From: a virus
Direction: 5' to 3' (one strand)
Virus record (IMG/VR): IMGVR_UViG_3300044878_000082
Location: 32,001 to 96,000 of that record
Length of the DNA: 64,000 bases
The notes under the pieces: generated by a model
What the model saw: the letters and a program-made list of their open reading frames with translations, nothing else
Told to the model about the DNA's origin: nothing
The model's database searches: none
In this document: positions 47,133-56,761 of the stretch, piece by piece
Layout of the letters: each line of letters begins with the position of its first letter
Numbering within the stretch: the first letter of the stretch is position 1
Made by a program: the position numbers and the translations under genes

Positions 47133-49589
47133 ATGCAAATGCTAGAGATGTTAATGGAAGGCAGTCGTAGACTGATGCTGAATAACATCAAGCGCCTTCA
47201 CTATAAGCCAACCGCACTGTACCAAATCATCTTAGGCACTAACGGTAGTGGCAAGAGTTCTGTAGTCAACGATGCAACCCCGTTACCAGCCGACCCCAAG
47301 GATTACATCAAGGGTGGGATGAAGATGACGAAGTGGGAGCACGAAGGACACGAGTACGTTCTCACTTCTACCTTTAAGGGTAGCGCTAAGCATTCCTTCT
47401 TGAAGAACGGGGTAGAACTGAACCCTGGGGGCACCATCTCAGTCCAGAAAGAACTGGTCTGGCAAGAATTCCGTATCACCGACATGATCCACGAATTGAT
47501 TACGGGTCAAGTCCTGTTCTCCGATATGTCCACTGCTGATCGTCGTAAGTGGCTGACTATGCTCAGCGACACTGACTTCACCTTCGCACTGAACATGTTC
47601 AAGAAATACAGCAGCTCTGCCCGAGACGCACAGGGTACGTTCAAAGAGCTGTCTGAGCGTTTGGTTAACGAACAGAAGAAACTCAAAGCGTTGGGTGACA
47701 CTGACGAGTGGGCAGCAGAAGCCGAACACCTCCAGAAAGAATTGGAGATCCTGTTCCTCAGTCGTTCCAACCGTAACCTCTCCGGTGGTGAGCAACGCAT
47801 TGCCAAGATGATTGACTGGGAATGTCAGATGGCTGACCGTATGCTCGCAATGGGTAATCCCATTAAAGGCAAGTTCAGTTCCATGGAAGAACTCAACGAC
47901 CGGATCAACACGCTGGATAAAGAAGCGAACCTCGTCAAAGGTTTGCGGGAGTGGACGACTGAAGCCCTCGAAGACTTACACCAGTTGCAGAAAACAGTGG
48001 AAGGTGGGGGTGTTGAGTCCCTAGAGGAAGCTGAGGCCGAGCTAGTGCGCTTACAAGCCACCGTAGACGAGCTACAGACGCATCTGGTGAAGTGGAAAGA
48101 GTTCGGGGAGGCTGACCCACGCGCTATGCTCAATTCGATTGAGAGCGTACAGGAGGAGCTGTCAGACGTTCTGCGTAACATTCCGAACAACTCCGACAAA
48201 CACTTCAATAAACAGACGGTACAAGAAGCTCGGGACTCTCGACTGGATTTCAAGAAGAATGTCGAACTCTTCGCTAACCGTGTGGCTAAAGAAGAAGCAA
48301 CCCTCGAGCACATTGCTGGCGCTTGCAAGACCGAGTGTCCACAGTGTTCTTACGCATGGCTACCGGGTATCTCGGTGGGTCGACAGCAAGCGGCTGAAGA
48401 TGCGGTCATCGAGTTCCGTCAGAAATGGCAGGATGCGACCGACAACCTCCAAGCCGTAGAGAAGTACCTCGAGGAAGCCAGTGAGTTCTCTGGTTACTTC
48501 ATGCGCTTCCGTGCTCTGGTCTCGAACAACCCGTCGCTGGAACTGTTCTGGAATGCGATGCTGGACGTCGATGCGGTCAACAACGATCCCAAGTCGTGGT
48601 TAGCCGAGTTCAGTGGCTTCTCTAAGGACGCTCGTGTCTGGTTGGAGATCCATACCGCGATGCAACGAATCGACAAGCTGGAGCTGACTGTAGACGCTCT
48701 ACGCAAGTCCAACGGTTCAGAACAACTGTCGGTGCGGATTGAACAGAACAACCAGAAGATCTCTGCTCTGACTGAACAGATGATCGAACTGGAAACCAGT
48801 CGTGGTGAGCTGGTGGTGATGCGTCAGAAGGCTGAGCAACTGGTACAGATGGATGTTCAACTGCGTCAGGGTTATGACAAGTCTCAGGCGGCGTTCGATG
48901 ACTACGTGGTCGAGATGCGTGATGACTCGATCGCTGAGGTGACACGTTCGTATCAGTCCCGTCTGGCTTTCCTGAACGGTAAGTTGAACGAGAAGAAAAC
49001 CATCCAGTCGCTGTTGGAAGACATGGAGCGGTTCCGTTCTGAGGTTGAGTTGAAGCAAAAGGCCAACAAGCTGATTGCTGACATCCTCTCGCCGAAAGAC
49101 GGTTTCATTGCTGAGCAGATGTCTGGCTTTATCGCAGGCTTCACTGAGCACTTGAATGCGATCATCGAGAACGTGTGGACGTACCAGATGGAAGTGCAGG
49201 CCTGTGGGATTGAGTCGGGTGAACTCAACTACCGTTTCCCTGTTCGGATTGATGGTGATCCCAATGGTCCTGACGATGTCTACCGGACTTCCAAGGGTCA
49301 GAAAGAAATGATCAACTTCTCATTCGTATTGTTGGTGATGTTCTATCTACGTCTGACGAACTACCCGTTGTACCTAGATGAACTGGGCGCTACCTTCGAT
49401 GAAACCCATCGCCTGAACGTGATGAACTTCATTAAAGACTTGGTGGAATCGAAAGGTTTCTCTCAAGTGTTCATGATCTCTCACTACGCTTCTTCTCACG
49501 GTGCATTCACCCAAGCAGAAGTGATGGTGATGGATTCGAGTAACATCTCTGTCCCGGTGAAACACAACCAACACGTTACAATGGTCTGA
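47133..49589 (+). CDS. sbcC: SbcC/Rad50-like SMC ATPase (phiKZ gp165-like)
   Basis: Walker A GTNGSGKSS, coiled coils, CPQC zinc hook, TSKGQ signature, LYLDE Walker B, ISH switch. Confidence 0.92.
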   Translation: MQMLEMLMEGSRRLMLNNIKRLHYKPTALYQIILGTNGSGKSSVVNDATPLPADPKDYIKGGMKMTKWEHEGHEYVLTSTFKGSAKHSFLKNGVELNPGGTISVQKELVWQEFRITDMIHELITGQVLFSDMSTADRRKWLTMLSDTDFTFALNMFKKYSSSARDAQGTFKELSERLVNEQKKLKALGDTDEWAAEAEHLQKELEILFLSRSNRNLSGGEQRIAKMIDWECQMADRMLAMGNPIKGKFSSMEELNDRINTLDKEANLVKGLREWTTEALEDLHQLQKTVEGGGVESLEEAEAELVRLQATVDELQTHLVKWKEFGEADPRAMLNSIESVQEELSDVLRNIPNNSDKHFNKQTVQEARDSRLDFKKNVELFANRVAKEEATLEHIAGACKTECPQCSYAWLPGISVGRQQAAEDAVIEFRQKWQDATDNLQAVEKYLEEASEFSGYFMRFRALVSNNPSLELFWNAMLDVDAVNNDPKSWLAEFSGFSKDARVWLEIHTAMQRIDKLELTVDALRKSNGSEQLSVRIEQNNQKISALTEQMIELETSRGELVVMRQKAEQLVQMDVQLRQGYDKSQAAFDDYVVEMRDDSIAEVTRSYQSRLAFLNGKLNEKKTIQSLLEDMERFRSEVELKQKANKLIADILSPKDGFIAEQMSGFIAGFTEHLNAIIENVWTYQMEVQACGIESGELNYRFPVRIDGDPNGPDDVYRTSKGQKEMINFSFVLLVMFYLRLTNYPLYLDELGATFDETHRLNVMNFIKDLVESKGFSQVFMISHYASSHGAFTQAEVMVMDSSNISVPVKHNQHVTMV

Positions 49590-49590
49590 T

Positions 49591-49694
49591 TACCGCACTA
49601 ATGGTTTGATAACTCCACCTTCACGTATAAGGTGAAAGGAGCGTCAACCACCGCTCAGTCACCACCCTAACGCTGGGCGGTGCGGTACTCTTTT
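49591..49694 (+). ncRNA. candidate three-way-junction RNA element
   Basis: P1 TACCGCA/TGCGGTA, long P2, P3 CCGCTCAG/CTGGGCGG, followed by CTCTTTT. Confidence 0.5.
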
Positions 49695-49718
49695 AAACCC
49701 ACTGTAAAGGTAATACGC

Positions 49719-50402
49719 ATGAACCTTATTGAAACTCTGGTCAGCAAGGCCGCTGAGGAAGCTTGCGAGTTGGGTAAAGCTCTCTTGAAGCTGAACTCTG
49801 CTGGCATCAAAGCCACTGACTCCGAATCGGGTGAGCCGCTGGTCCTCGATGCGATCAAGCAGCTCAACGAAATCCTGGCCTGTGTGGAACTGCTGCGTGA
49901 CCGTGGTATTCCTCTGGCTGGTATCGGTGATCCGGTAGCCATCGGTGAAGCCAAAGGTGCAATCGTTCAGGATATGGAAGAGGCCATGAAGAATGGTACT
50001 CTGGTTCTGTCCGAAGACGACCAAAACCCACGCCCTGAAGGGGTGAACGACGCTAGCAACGGTATGCCAGAAGATGGCGCCGGTGGCGACGGAGACCAAG
50101 GCAATGGCGACGATCAAAACCTGGGTGCTGATGGCACTGACCCAAGTGGTGCTGACGGTACTGCTGACGACACCGGCACTGGCGATGGTTCCGACGACCT
50201 CGGCGACAACGCTGGTGGTGGAGACGATTCGGGTGACGAGGAAGGCTCCGGCGACGATACTTCCGGTGATGACACCGGCACCGGGGACGATGTCGGAGAC
50301 GACGACCTGGAAGAGGAAGAGTCAGAAGATGACGAATCCGAAGAAGACGACGACTCTTCTGAAGAAGAAGAGGAAGAAGAACCTGGTACTAACGACGTGT
50401 AA
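49719..50402 (+). CDS. MazG-like all-helical domain protein with long acidic tail
   Basis: KAAEEACELGKALLK...LNEILACVELL resembles phage MazG-like NTP pyrophosphatases; ~130-aa D/E/G tail. Confidence 0.6.
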   Translation: MNLIETLVSKAAEEACELGKALLKLNSAGIKATDSESGEPLVLDAIKQLNEILACVELLRDRGIPLAGIGDPVAIGEAKGAIVQDMEEAMKNGTLVLSEDDQNPRPEGVNDASNGMPEDGAGGDGDQGNGDDQNLGADGTDPSGADGTADDTGTGDGSDDLGDNAGGGDDSGDEEGSGDDTSGDDTGTGDDVGDDDLEEEESEDDESEEDDDSSEEEEEEEPGTNDV

Positions 50403-50414
50403 TAAGGCGGCTTA

Positions 50415-50780
50415 ATGATGAGTGATCTCGATTCGCTGGGTGTAGTGGAAAAGGTTGAAGACTTCTTACTGGAGCAGCACGAGCTGATCTCTGGGGTACC
50501 GATCTTCTACATCCCAAAACGTGATGGTGTCCCGTGTGCCATTGGTGACTGCGAAGTACTCGAAGCGTATAACTACTGCTTCTCTCCGGTTGCTATGGAC
50601 ATTCAGGTAACACCATGTATGGAAGTGGCGTGGGATCACTACGCAGTCTGCCTGTACCGTGGGGTGATGGGTCGAGCTACAGCAGCTTTCGGTTTCTCAG
50701 GTTCCGACCTGAACGCCAACAAGCTGGGGTGGTTCTCTCGTTACCCTGACCAAGATCTTCGTTGGGAGTACTCCGTGTGA
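50415..50780 (+). CDS. hypothetical protein
   Basis: TAAGG SD; operon context. Confidence 0.65.
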   Translation: MMSDLDSLGVVEKVEDFLLEQHELISGVPIFYIPKRDGVPCAIGDCEVLEAYNYCFSPVAMDIQVTPCMEVAWDHYAVCLYRGVMGRATAAFGFSGSDLNANKLGWFSRYPDQDLRWEYSV

Positions 50781-51289
50781 GTAGAGCCTTCGTTCATGGT
50801 TACATTCCCCAGTCTGCGCTGTTCCAGTACCACCCGGCTTACGCACGCATGCGTGATGGGTTGTTCAAGGACCACCGCGACATGACCTTCAACCGAACCT
50901 TTGATGGTGAAAACCAACTTACGTTCGAGATGACCGTGAACGCCCTGCTCCACATGTTTACTGAAGCGGGAGTTGTACTCCTGTTCAGTCAGCCGGAGAT
51001 AGTGGCGGAGCAACTGCAACGTGCTAACGAATTCGCTTACGAGCTTTGTATTGATCGTGGGCGTAATCAGTTTGACCTTCAAGTCACACTGGCCGTGCTG
51101 TACGTGCAGTTACTGTTCCCAGTGACGAACAACCGTCGTCAGGCTCGCCAGAAAGCCATGGAACGTTTCTTGACTCGAGACCTGCACGGTGTCTGGTCGG
51201 ATGCTTTCATTGCCTGGTTGGTCGAGTTGCTATTCGTTCAAGAGTACGCCAACTCCCGTGGAATCACGTACTTCCGTTTCGTCGCATAA
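50777..51289 (+). CDS. hypothetical protein
   Basis: GTGA overlap with upstream stop; GGGAG SD. Confidence 0.65.
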   Translation: MSRAFVHGYIPQSALFQYHPAYARMRDGLFKDHRDMTFNRTFDGENQLTFEMTVNALLHMFTEAGVVLLFSQPEIVAEQLQRANEFAYELCIDRGRNQFDLQVTLAVLYVQLLFPVTNNRRQARQKAMERFLTRDLHGVWSDAFIAWLVELLFVQEYANSRGITYFRFVA

Positions 51290-51321
51290 AAGGAGAGGGC
51301 GCGAGCCCTCTCCCTATGCCG

Positions 51322-51936
51322 TCACAAAATGTTGTGTGCCTTCAACAGATCCACCAACACTTGGTTCTGTTCAGTCAACGTCGTCACCTGTGCCCGGAGT
51401 GCAATGTTCTCAGCCCGATAGGTGGTGCGTCGATTGATTGCCGCCAAGCGTGCTACTTCAGCCACTTCGTGTTGCGCTGGAGTGATCAGCCCTGAAGAAG
51501 CAGCCCGATGGATTTTCACCACAGGTTCTTTCCCCACGACGTCAGAAGCCAACCCAGCGATCTCCAGTTGCAAGTTCGCCAGATTCATGAAGTCCGGCAA
51601 AGCACCGAAGTCCAATGAGCACACGATGTGGTTGTAGGTTACTGCGTCGAAGTTGGGGAACGACTCGATGTAAGAATCCGGTACGTAGATCGGAGACTCA
51701 GTATCGGACATCAGGGTGACAATCTTCTTGCCAGCCTTATAGTCACGGTCGTATTCCACCTTGGTCAGGCCAGCGTGGATATAGATGTTGTTGAGGACAT
51801 CCACGTCACCAGCCAAACACTCGTCAAACGTACGCAGAGCCGAGCACGTATAAAGGACGGTAGGTAATGCGGTGAAAGGTTCAACTAACGTGTAGCGACC
51901 TCTCGTTAACAGCGGAGGAGTGATACCAGCCATCAT
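51322..51936 (-). CDS. conserved phiKZ-like hypothetical/virion protein
   Basis: GRYTLVEPF...IYVPDSYIESFP...LDFGALPD; C-terminal coiled coil. Confidence 0.7.
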   Translation of the reverse strand: MMAGITPPLLTRGRYTLVEPFTALPTVLYTCSALRTFDECLAGDVDVLNNIYIHAGLTKVEYDRDYKAGKKIVTLMSDTESPIYVPDSYIESFPNFDAVTYNHIVCSLDFGALPDFMNLANLQLEIAGLASDVVGKEPVVKIHRAASSGLITPAQHEVAEVARLAAINRRTTYRAENIALRAQVTTLTEQNQVLVDLLKAHNIL

Positions 51937-51941
51937 TCACC

Positions 51942-53261
51942 TCAGATGTCGAGCATTGAGTACTTGGTCACGACCAGATACAGAATGTCATTCATGGACG
52001 CCGCAATGTAAACGATACCATTACGAGTAACCCGAGACATGCCGAGTGGAATGTCGGAGAACAGCGTAGCCTTTTCCGCAACGATCAGCATCGAGTACAG
52101 CAGGTTGACGAAGTCTTGCGTCGCCAATTGCATCCGGTTGAAGTCTGGGGAGTTGGTCGACACGTTGATGTAGTCAGGCCACTGGTCGTTGAACTTGCTC
52201 ACGCCACCACGGTTGTACGGACCACCAACAACAGACATAGCCAACGAACCGTACAGCACGCTCGAGACACACAGGTTCTCGTCGATGTGGAGTTGGGTGT
52301 AGTTCTTGCCCTTGATGGTCAGGTTCGAAACCGAGATGACGTCTTTAGCCCGAACAGTTGGCGAGTACACACCGTTGATGATCGTCTTTTGTTCGATCGC
52401 TACTTCGTCCCAGAACGGGGTAACAATGAACTCAGTCGACGTGAAGATGTCTGGAAAGATGTCCATCCATTCTTCTTCGGTATGTTGTGAGTTAGCCAGA
52501 ATCCATTTGGCCAGTTCTTGCTTGATGATGTCTGGGTTATTACCCGCCGGACCCCAGATGATGATGGTCCAGTTGGTGTCCAGAGAAATGAATGGCGCGA
52601 GCTGAGCGAAGTACTTGTAGACCTTGTTCATCATCACGGTTTCAGGCTTACGGTTTTTCAACACGTCAGCCTTTTCCAGAGCAGAGGTCAGAGACCACGC
52701 TTCAACCGCCGCCTTCACGATCAGGGGGTCTTTGAAGAAGTCGTCCAGCACGGCGATGGGTGGAACGAAACCAATTTCGTACTCATCGTACTGACGACGG
52801 AAAGAGTCATCGGCATACCACAGACGTACACGGTTGTCCTCAGCATCGTTCAGCTTGTAGCTGACCCACTCAGGCATCCAGCGCACACCGTCACCGACGA
52901 TCTCACCGAAAGCCAACTCCAAGTGAGTCTGGCCGAAACTGGCGATCATCGCTGAAGCGAAGGCATCACGATCTTCGGAGATCTCTTGTGCCAAGGACTT
53001 GGTGTAGATCCATTGGCTGAGATTCAGTGCAGCGTTCTGGTGGATTACCGGAGTAGTGATCTGAGTTTCAGCACCATCGACCGCAGTACGTTGACTCAGG
53101 AAACTAACTAGTTTAGAATCAGCGTACAGTGGGTTGGTGTATTGTCCCTTCTCCTTAGAGAAGGTTGCACAATGGGTTGAGAGTTCCCCAAGAGGTGCAA
53201 TTACGTCGAATGAGTTGTTAGCCAATGGCGCGAAGACCATAAACCCTTTAAGATTATACAT
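51942..53261 (-). CDS. virion structural protein (phiKZ gp157-like)
   Basis: MYNLKGF...PLGELS, WGPAGNNPD, FPDIFTSTEFIVTPFW and DFNRMQLATQ. Confidence 0.75.
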   Translation of the reverse strand: MYNLKGFMVFAPLANNSFDVIAPLGELSTHCATFSKEKGQYTNPLYADSKLVSFLSQRTAVDGAETQITTPVIHQNAALNLSQWIYTKSLAQEISEDRDAFASAMIASFGQTHLELAFGEIVGDGVRWMPEWVSYKLNDAEDNRVRLWYADDSFRRQYDEYEIGFVPPIAVLDDFFKDPLIVKAAVEAWSLTSALEKADVLKNRKPETVMMNKVYKYFAQLAPFISLDTNWTIIIWGPAGNNPDIIKQELAKWILANSQHTEEEWMDIFPDIFTSTEFIVTPFWDEVAIEQKTIINGVYSPTVRAKDVISVSNLTIKGKNYTQLHIDENLCVSSVLYGSLAMSVVGGPYNRGGVSKFNDQWPDYINVSTNSPDFNRMQLATQDFVNLLYSMLIVAEKATLFSDIPLGMSRVTRNGIVYIAASMNDILYLVVTKYSMLDI

Positions 53262-53341
53262 GTAAGGACCTCGAGGGTGGGTAGGGTTCAGTAAGAATTT
53301 ACCTATACCATTCTTGAGCATTAGACGGAGCAAAGTTTACC

Positions 53342-53764
53342 ATGATCGCCAATGCTGTTCTTTTGTTCAAGTTTCTTTTGAAGCTGTGGCCATTTGTGAA
53401 GGAAGTGTTCTTCAAGAACAAAGACTTCCAAGCGGCTATCGTCAGCAACAAAAGTATCGTAATGCTGCTCTGCTCATCGTTGGTGCTCCTGTTGTTGACT
53501 GTAGGTAACGCTAAGAGTTCTCATGAGTATGCTCGGTTGTACGATCGAGTGTTGAGAGAGAGTCGAGAGACTACTACGAAGTACCAGAGTCTGATTACTG
53601 ACCACGCCGATCTGGCTGGTAAGTGCGAAGCCCTGCGTGATGAACACCACTCGCAAGAGATAGATCATGCTGCCGTGAAGGCTGAAAAGATCTGGCTGGA
53701 GAAACGTGTTGCTGATTTGGAGTTGAGTCTCGAGTACGAACGTAACCGAGGCAAGCGCAAGTAA
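53342..53764 (+). CDS. membrane-anchored coiled-coil protein
   Basis: hydrophobic SIVMLLCSSLVLLLLTVG followed by a heptad-rich region. Confidence 0.7.
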   Translation: MIANAVLLFKFLLKLWPFVKEVFFKNKDFQAAIVSNKSIVMLLCSSLVLLLLTVGNAKSSHEYARLYDRVLRESRETTTKYQSLITDHADLAGKCEALRDEHHSQEIDHAAVKAEKIWLEKRVADLELSLEYERNRGKRK

Positions 53765-53819
53765 GTAATTACGGTCACCACGAATCTCTTGAGAAGAACT
53801 AACTTTTAGGAACAACCCG

Positions 53820-55352
53820 ATGAGCAAAGAGGAAGCAAGCCTTCACGCCGTGATCTACACCGACGGTGGCTGTAAGCCGTCTCGCGGCGTTGGTGGCTGG
53901 GGTATCCACGGATACATCTATACTACCGAGAAAGGGAAACAAGGTACTGGGTGTCCCCAACAAGTCACCAACTTTGGGTACATCGAGCCAGCGGAGGGAG
54001 CAGCCGGTAGCTCCTTCTTTAACTACAAGTCTGCGGATCGTGATCCTGAGGTCGAGCGTTTTACCGACCCACAGATCAGACTCGTTACTCCACTGCGTTA
54101 TGTGGATGGGTACGGTTCGCAAATCCCGGAGTCGACCAACAACATTGCCGAAGTCACTGGTTTGCTGGAAGCCTTACAGGTTGCCATCGAAGAGAAAGTG
54201 GAAACGGTGATGCTGGTGATCGACAGCAAATATGCCCTGAATGGCCTGATGAACTGGTCGGGTAAGTGGGCAGCCAACGGTTGGGTTCGTCCTGACACCA
54301 CACCAGTGGCAAACGCTGAGCTGTGGAAACTCGTTGTGGAAGCCAAACGTATCCTCGTAGAACGGGGTACAGAGATCTTCACGCGTTGGGTACGGGGTCA
54401 CAGTGGCGATCTCGGTAACGATGCGGTTGACCTGTTGGCTACGTCGGCAGTGATTGCCGGCAAGAAAGGTTTGTCGATTCGTTCTGTTGAACTGGTTGAA
54501 GCAAAAGGTTACTGGAGCTTCAAGGCCGATTACAACCGCATGATCTCGCATCCATACTGGTACTTCAATACCAACGTGGGCGGCACTCAGAAGAGTCCGG
54601 ACGGTCGTGTGGTCTACTACCTCGGTGAACACGGTGCAGAAGACGATTTCGTAGGCAAGCCTGTCAGCTCGGCTTCCTTCTCGGTGCTGTTCCTCAAAGA
54701 GCGCAACCCTGTACTGGAGATGATCACCGCACACCAGGATTCTCTGGACACCGGTGGCTTCAACAGCATGGTCATCGGTCGACTCAGCAACATTACCTCG
54801 GCTAAAGTCTACACCGAGTTGGAGAAGTATGGGGCTCAGTTCCTCCACAACGCCAACTACGGGAAGATGGATCTGTTCACGCCGAATGACTTGCTCCTGA
54901 CGAAAGAACTCCGTCCGCCTCGTATCGCCTTCCGTGTGATGCAGCAGATGGGCGTCATGGAAAGCATGTTGATCGACTATATCAGCAACCCTACTGCGAA
55001 GGGGGTCGTTGTTAACGACATTACAGGTCTACTCTATGAGGTGAATACCGCCAAGAAGAAACCTGTTACGAAGTTGCTCCCTGCAATCAACAGTACGGTC
55101 AAACGTCTGGAGATTGAAGCGGCGTATGACACAGGCGCGAAGGCGGGTGTGTTTAAGCTCCCGGTTACGATCGGGATCGACATTGCAAACCGTAATACGC
55201 TGTCGGCGTTGGCGGCCTTGAATCCCAAAGTCCATTTGATCACATGGCGTGAGAGCGATACGGCCTTCCGTTACGCTACCATCATTCAGACGGACGATGA
55301 CATTGGTATTTGGGCTGGTATTTATTCCAACATTTGTCTATTGACCAGTTGA
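53820..55352 (+). CDS. rnhA: ribonuclease HI with long C-terminal extension (phiKZ gp155-like)
   Basis: IYTDGGC, TNNIAE, IDSKY, NAELW and WVRGHSGDLGNDAVDLLA. Confidence 0.92.
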   Translation: MSKEEASLHAVIYTDGGCKPSRGVGGWGIHGYIYTTEKGKQGTGCPQQVTNFGYIEPAEGAAGSSFFNYKSADRDPEVERFTDPQIRLVTPLRYVDGYGSQIPESTNNIAEVTGLLEALQVAIEEKVETVMLVIDSKYALNGLMNWSGKWAANGWVRPDTTPVANAELWKLVVEAKRILVERGTEIFTRWVRGHSGDLGNDAVDLLATSAVIAGKKGLSIRSVELVEAKGYWSFKADYNRMISHPYWYFNTNVGGTQKSPDGRVVYYLGEHGAEDDFVGKPVSSASFSVLFLKERNPVLEMITAHQDSLDTGGFNSMVIGRLSNITSAKVYTELEKYGAQFLHNANYGKMDLFTPNDLLLTKELRPPRIAFRVMQQMGVMESMLIDYISNPTAKGVVVNDITGLLYEVNTAKKKPVTKLLPAINSTVKRLEIEAAYDTGAKAGVFKLPVTIGIDIANRNTLSALAALNPKVHLITWRESDTAFRYATIIQTDDDIGIWAGIYSNICLLTS

Positions 55353-55366
55353 ACTGAGAACGCCCT

Positions 55367-55774
55367 ATGAACCCTATTACCTCCATCACGGAGCGGGTAA
55401 GTCGTCTTAACCACAGACTGCTAACTCGTCTCTTGCGGGTAGGGTTGCCACGGTATGGCAAAAGACTGTTCTTTGTAGTCAGTCTTTTCGCCGGCTTGAA
55501 GCAACTCTCCCACACCGAGTTGAAAGATCTTGAACTGCTGAATGAGAAGATGGGTTTGGCTTCTTGTGCTGAAGCTCTTGAGATTCCAGCTCTATTCTCC
55601 AAACGGATTTGGCAGAACTGTGACTTGGACAAAGCTGTTGCCTGTGGTTCGCTTAAAGCGGGTGCTGATCAGGTAGTGCAAGCGATGCCCTCATGGATGC
55701 AATACGGCGACACTGCCAAAATGGTAGAAGATGCCCGAACTGTCATTCAAACGGCACGGTTGGGGTTGGCCTAA
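55367..55774 (+). CDS. hypothetical protein
   Basis: 135-aa ORF after rnhA, ending at a gene-end hairpin. Confidence 0.7.
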   Translation: MNPITSITERVSRLNHRLLTRLLRVGLPRYGKRLFFVVSLFAGLKQLSHTELKDLELLNEKMGLASCAEALEIPALFSKRIWQNCDLDKAVACGSLKAGADQVVQAMPSWMQYGDTAKMVEDARTVIQTARLGLA

Positions 55775-55834
55775 TAAAGCCAGCATAGCAGACTGACTAC
55801 CTAGCCTCAGCCGGGTAGTCAGTCTTTATGACGC

Positions 55835-56647
55835 TTACAAGCGCTTCAATGCATCAACCGACGCCTGAACCGTACTGGCCAGTTCAGTCATCAGGTAGCC
55901 GGTGATCGAGTAGAATTCCACCGAGCGAGCAACAATCAGGCAACGCTTAGCCAGTTCCGAGATGGTGATACCGGAAGCCTTGTAGACTTCTGGTTCTTCC
56001 TGGATGCGCTGAGCCAGCTTGAGCAGTTGTTCGTTCAGGGTGTCCACTTCGTTCAGTACCGCAGTGCGGTTAACGGTTTGGTAGCCCACGACCAGTTGGT
56101 TGGTCTTCGTCAGGATCTCGTCCCATTCAGCGTTTTGCTTCACGAGCTTACCGTACTCGTGTTTGGTCTGGGAGCTGGCGCGGTTAACGCACTTCTCCAG
56201 AGCCTTCTTGCACTTGTCGATGTCGGAGTCGTCAAACTTCAACACGTCCTGCTTGACAGCGATGGTGCTGAGCGACTCAGGGTCGCCCAAGAGGCTTCCG
56301 ATCCACGCGTTGAACGGTACCAGTTGTTCGGCGTAGACTTCCTTAGCGAGCGCTACAGAGCCTTCTACGGCGTTCAGGTAATTGAGGTACGTGGTTTGCA
56401 AACCAGCGGGACCGTAGATCGCTGTCTTACGATGGGCTGAGTAGTCCACCGATTTAGCGATGCTGGTTTTCTTGTCGCACTTAACCAACGGGATCAACAT
56501 CTGATCGTTGGCGAGGTACGAACTGATAGTGTCGCCAATGCCACGAGCGTACGCAGGGAAGACTTTGGTCAGTGCAGTCAGAGAAGCACGTAGGTTAAAC
56601 GCCTCCATTGACAGGACACTGGCCTGTTGTTCTAAAGAGATTTGCAT
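55835..56647 (-). CDS. probable head protein precursor (phiKZ gp153-like)
   Basis: N-terminal ISLE and LSME protease motifs; synteny with uvsX and rnhA. Confidence 0.65.
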   Translation of the reverse strand: MQISLEQQASVLSMEAFNLRASLTALTKVFPAYARGIGDTISSYLANDQMLIPLVKCDKKTSIAKSVDYSAHRKTAIYGPAGLQTTYLNYLNAVEGSVALAKEVYAEQLVPFNAWIGSLLGDPESLSTIAVKQDVLKFDDSDIDKCKKALEKCVNRASSQTKHEYGKLVKQNAEWDEILTKTNQLVVGYQTVNRTAVLNEVDTLNEQLLKLAQRIQEEPEVYKASGITISELAKRCLIVARSVEFYSITGYLMTELASTVQASVDALKRL

Positions 56648-56761
56648 GGGGTCACCTTAAGTGGGAAAGCTCGGTTGAGCAAAGACACATAAAATTAAAC
56701 TCACGGGACGTATCAAATGAGTTTAAACAATACTTTTCCATTCCACATCAGTGAGTAAAGC

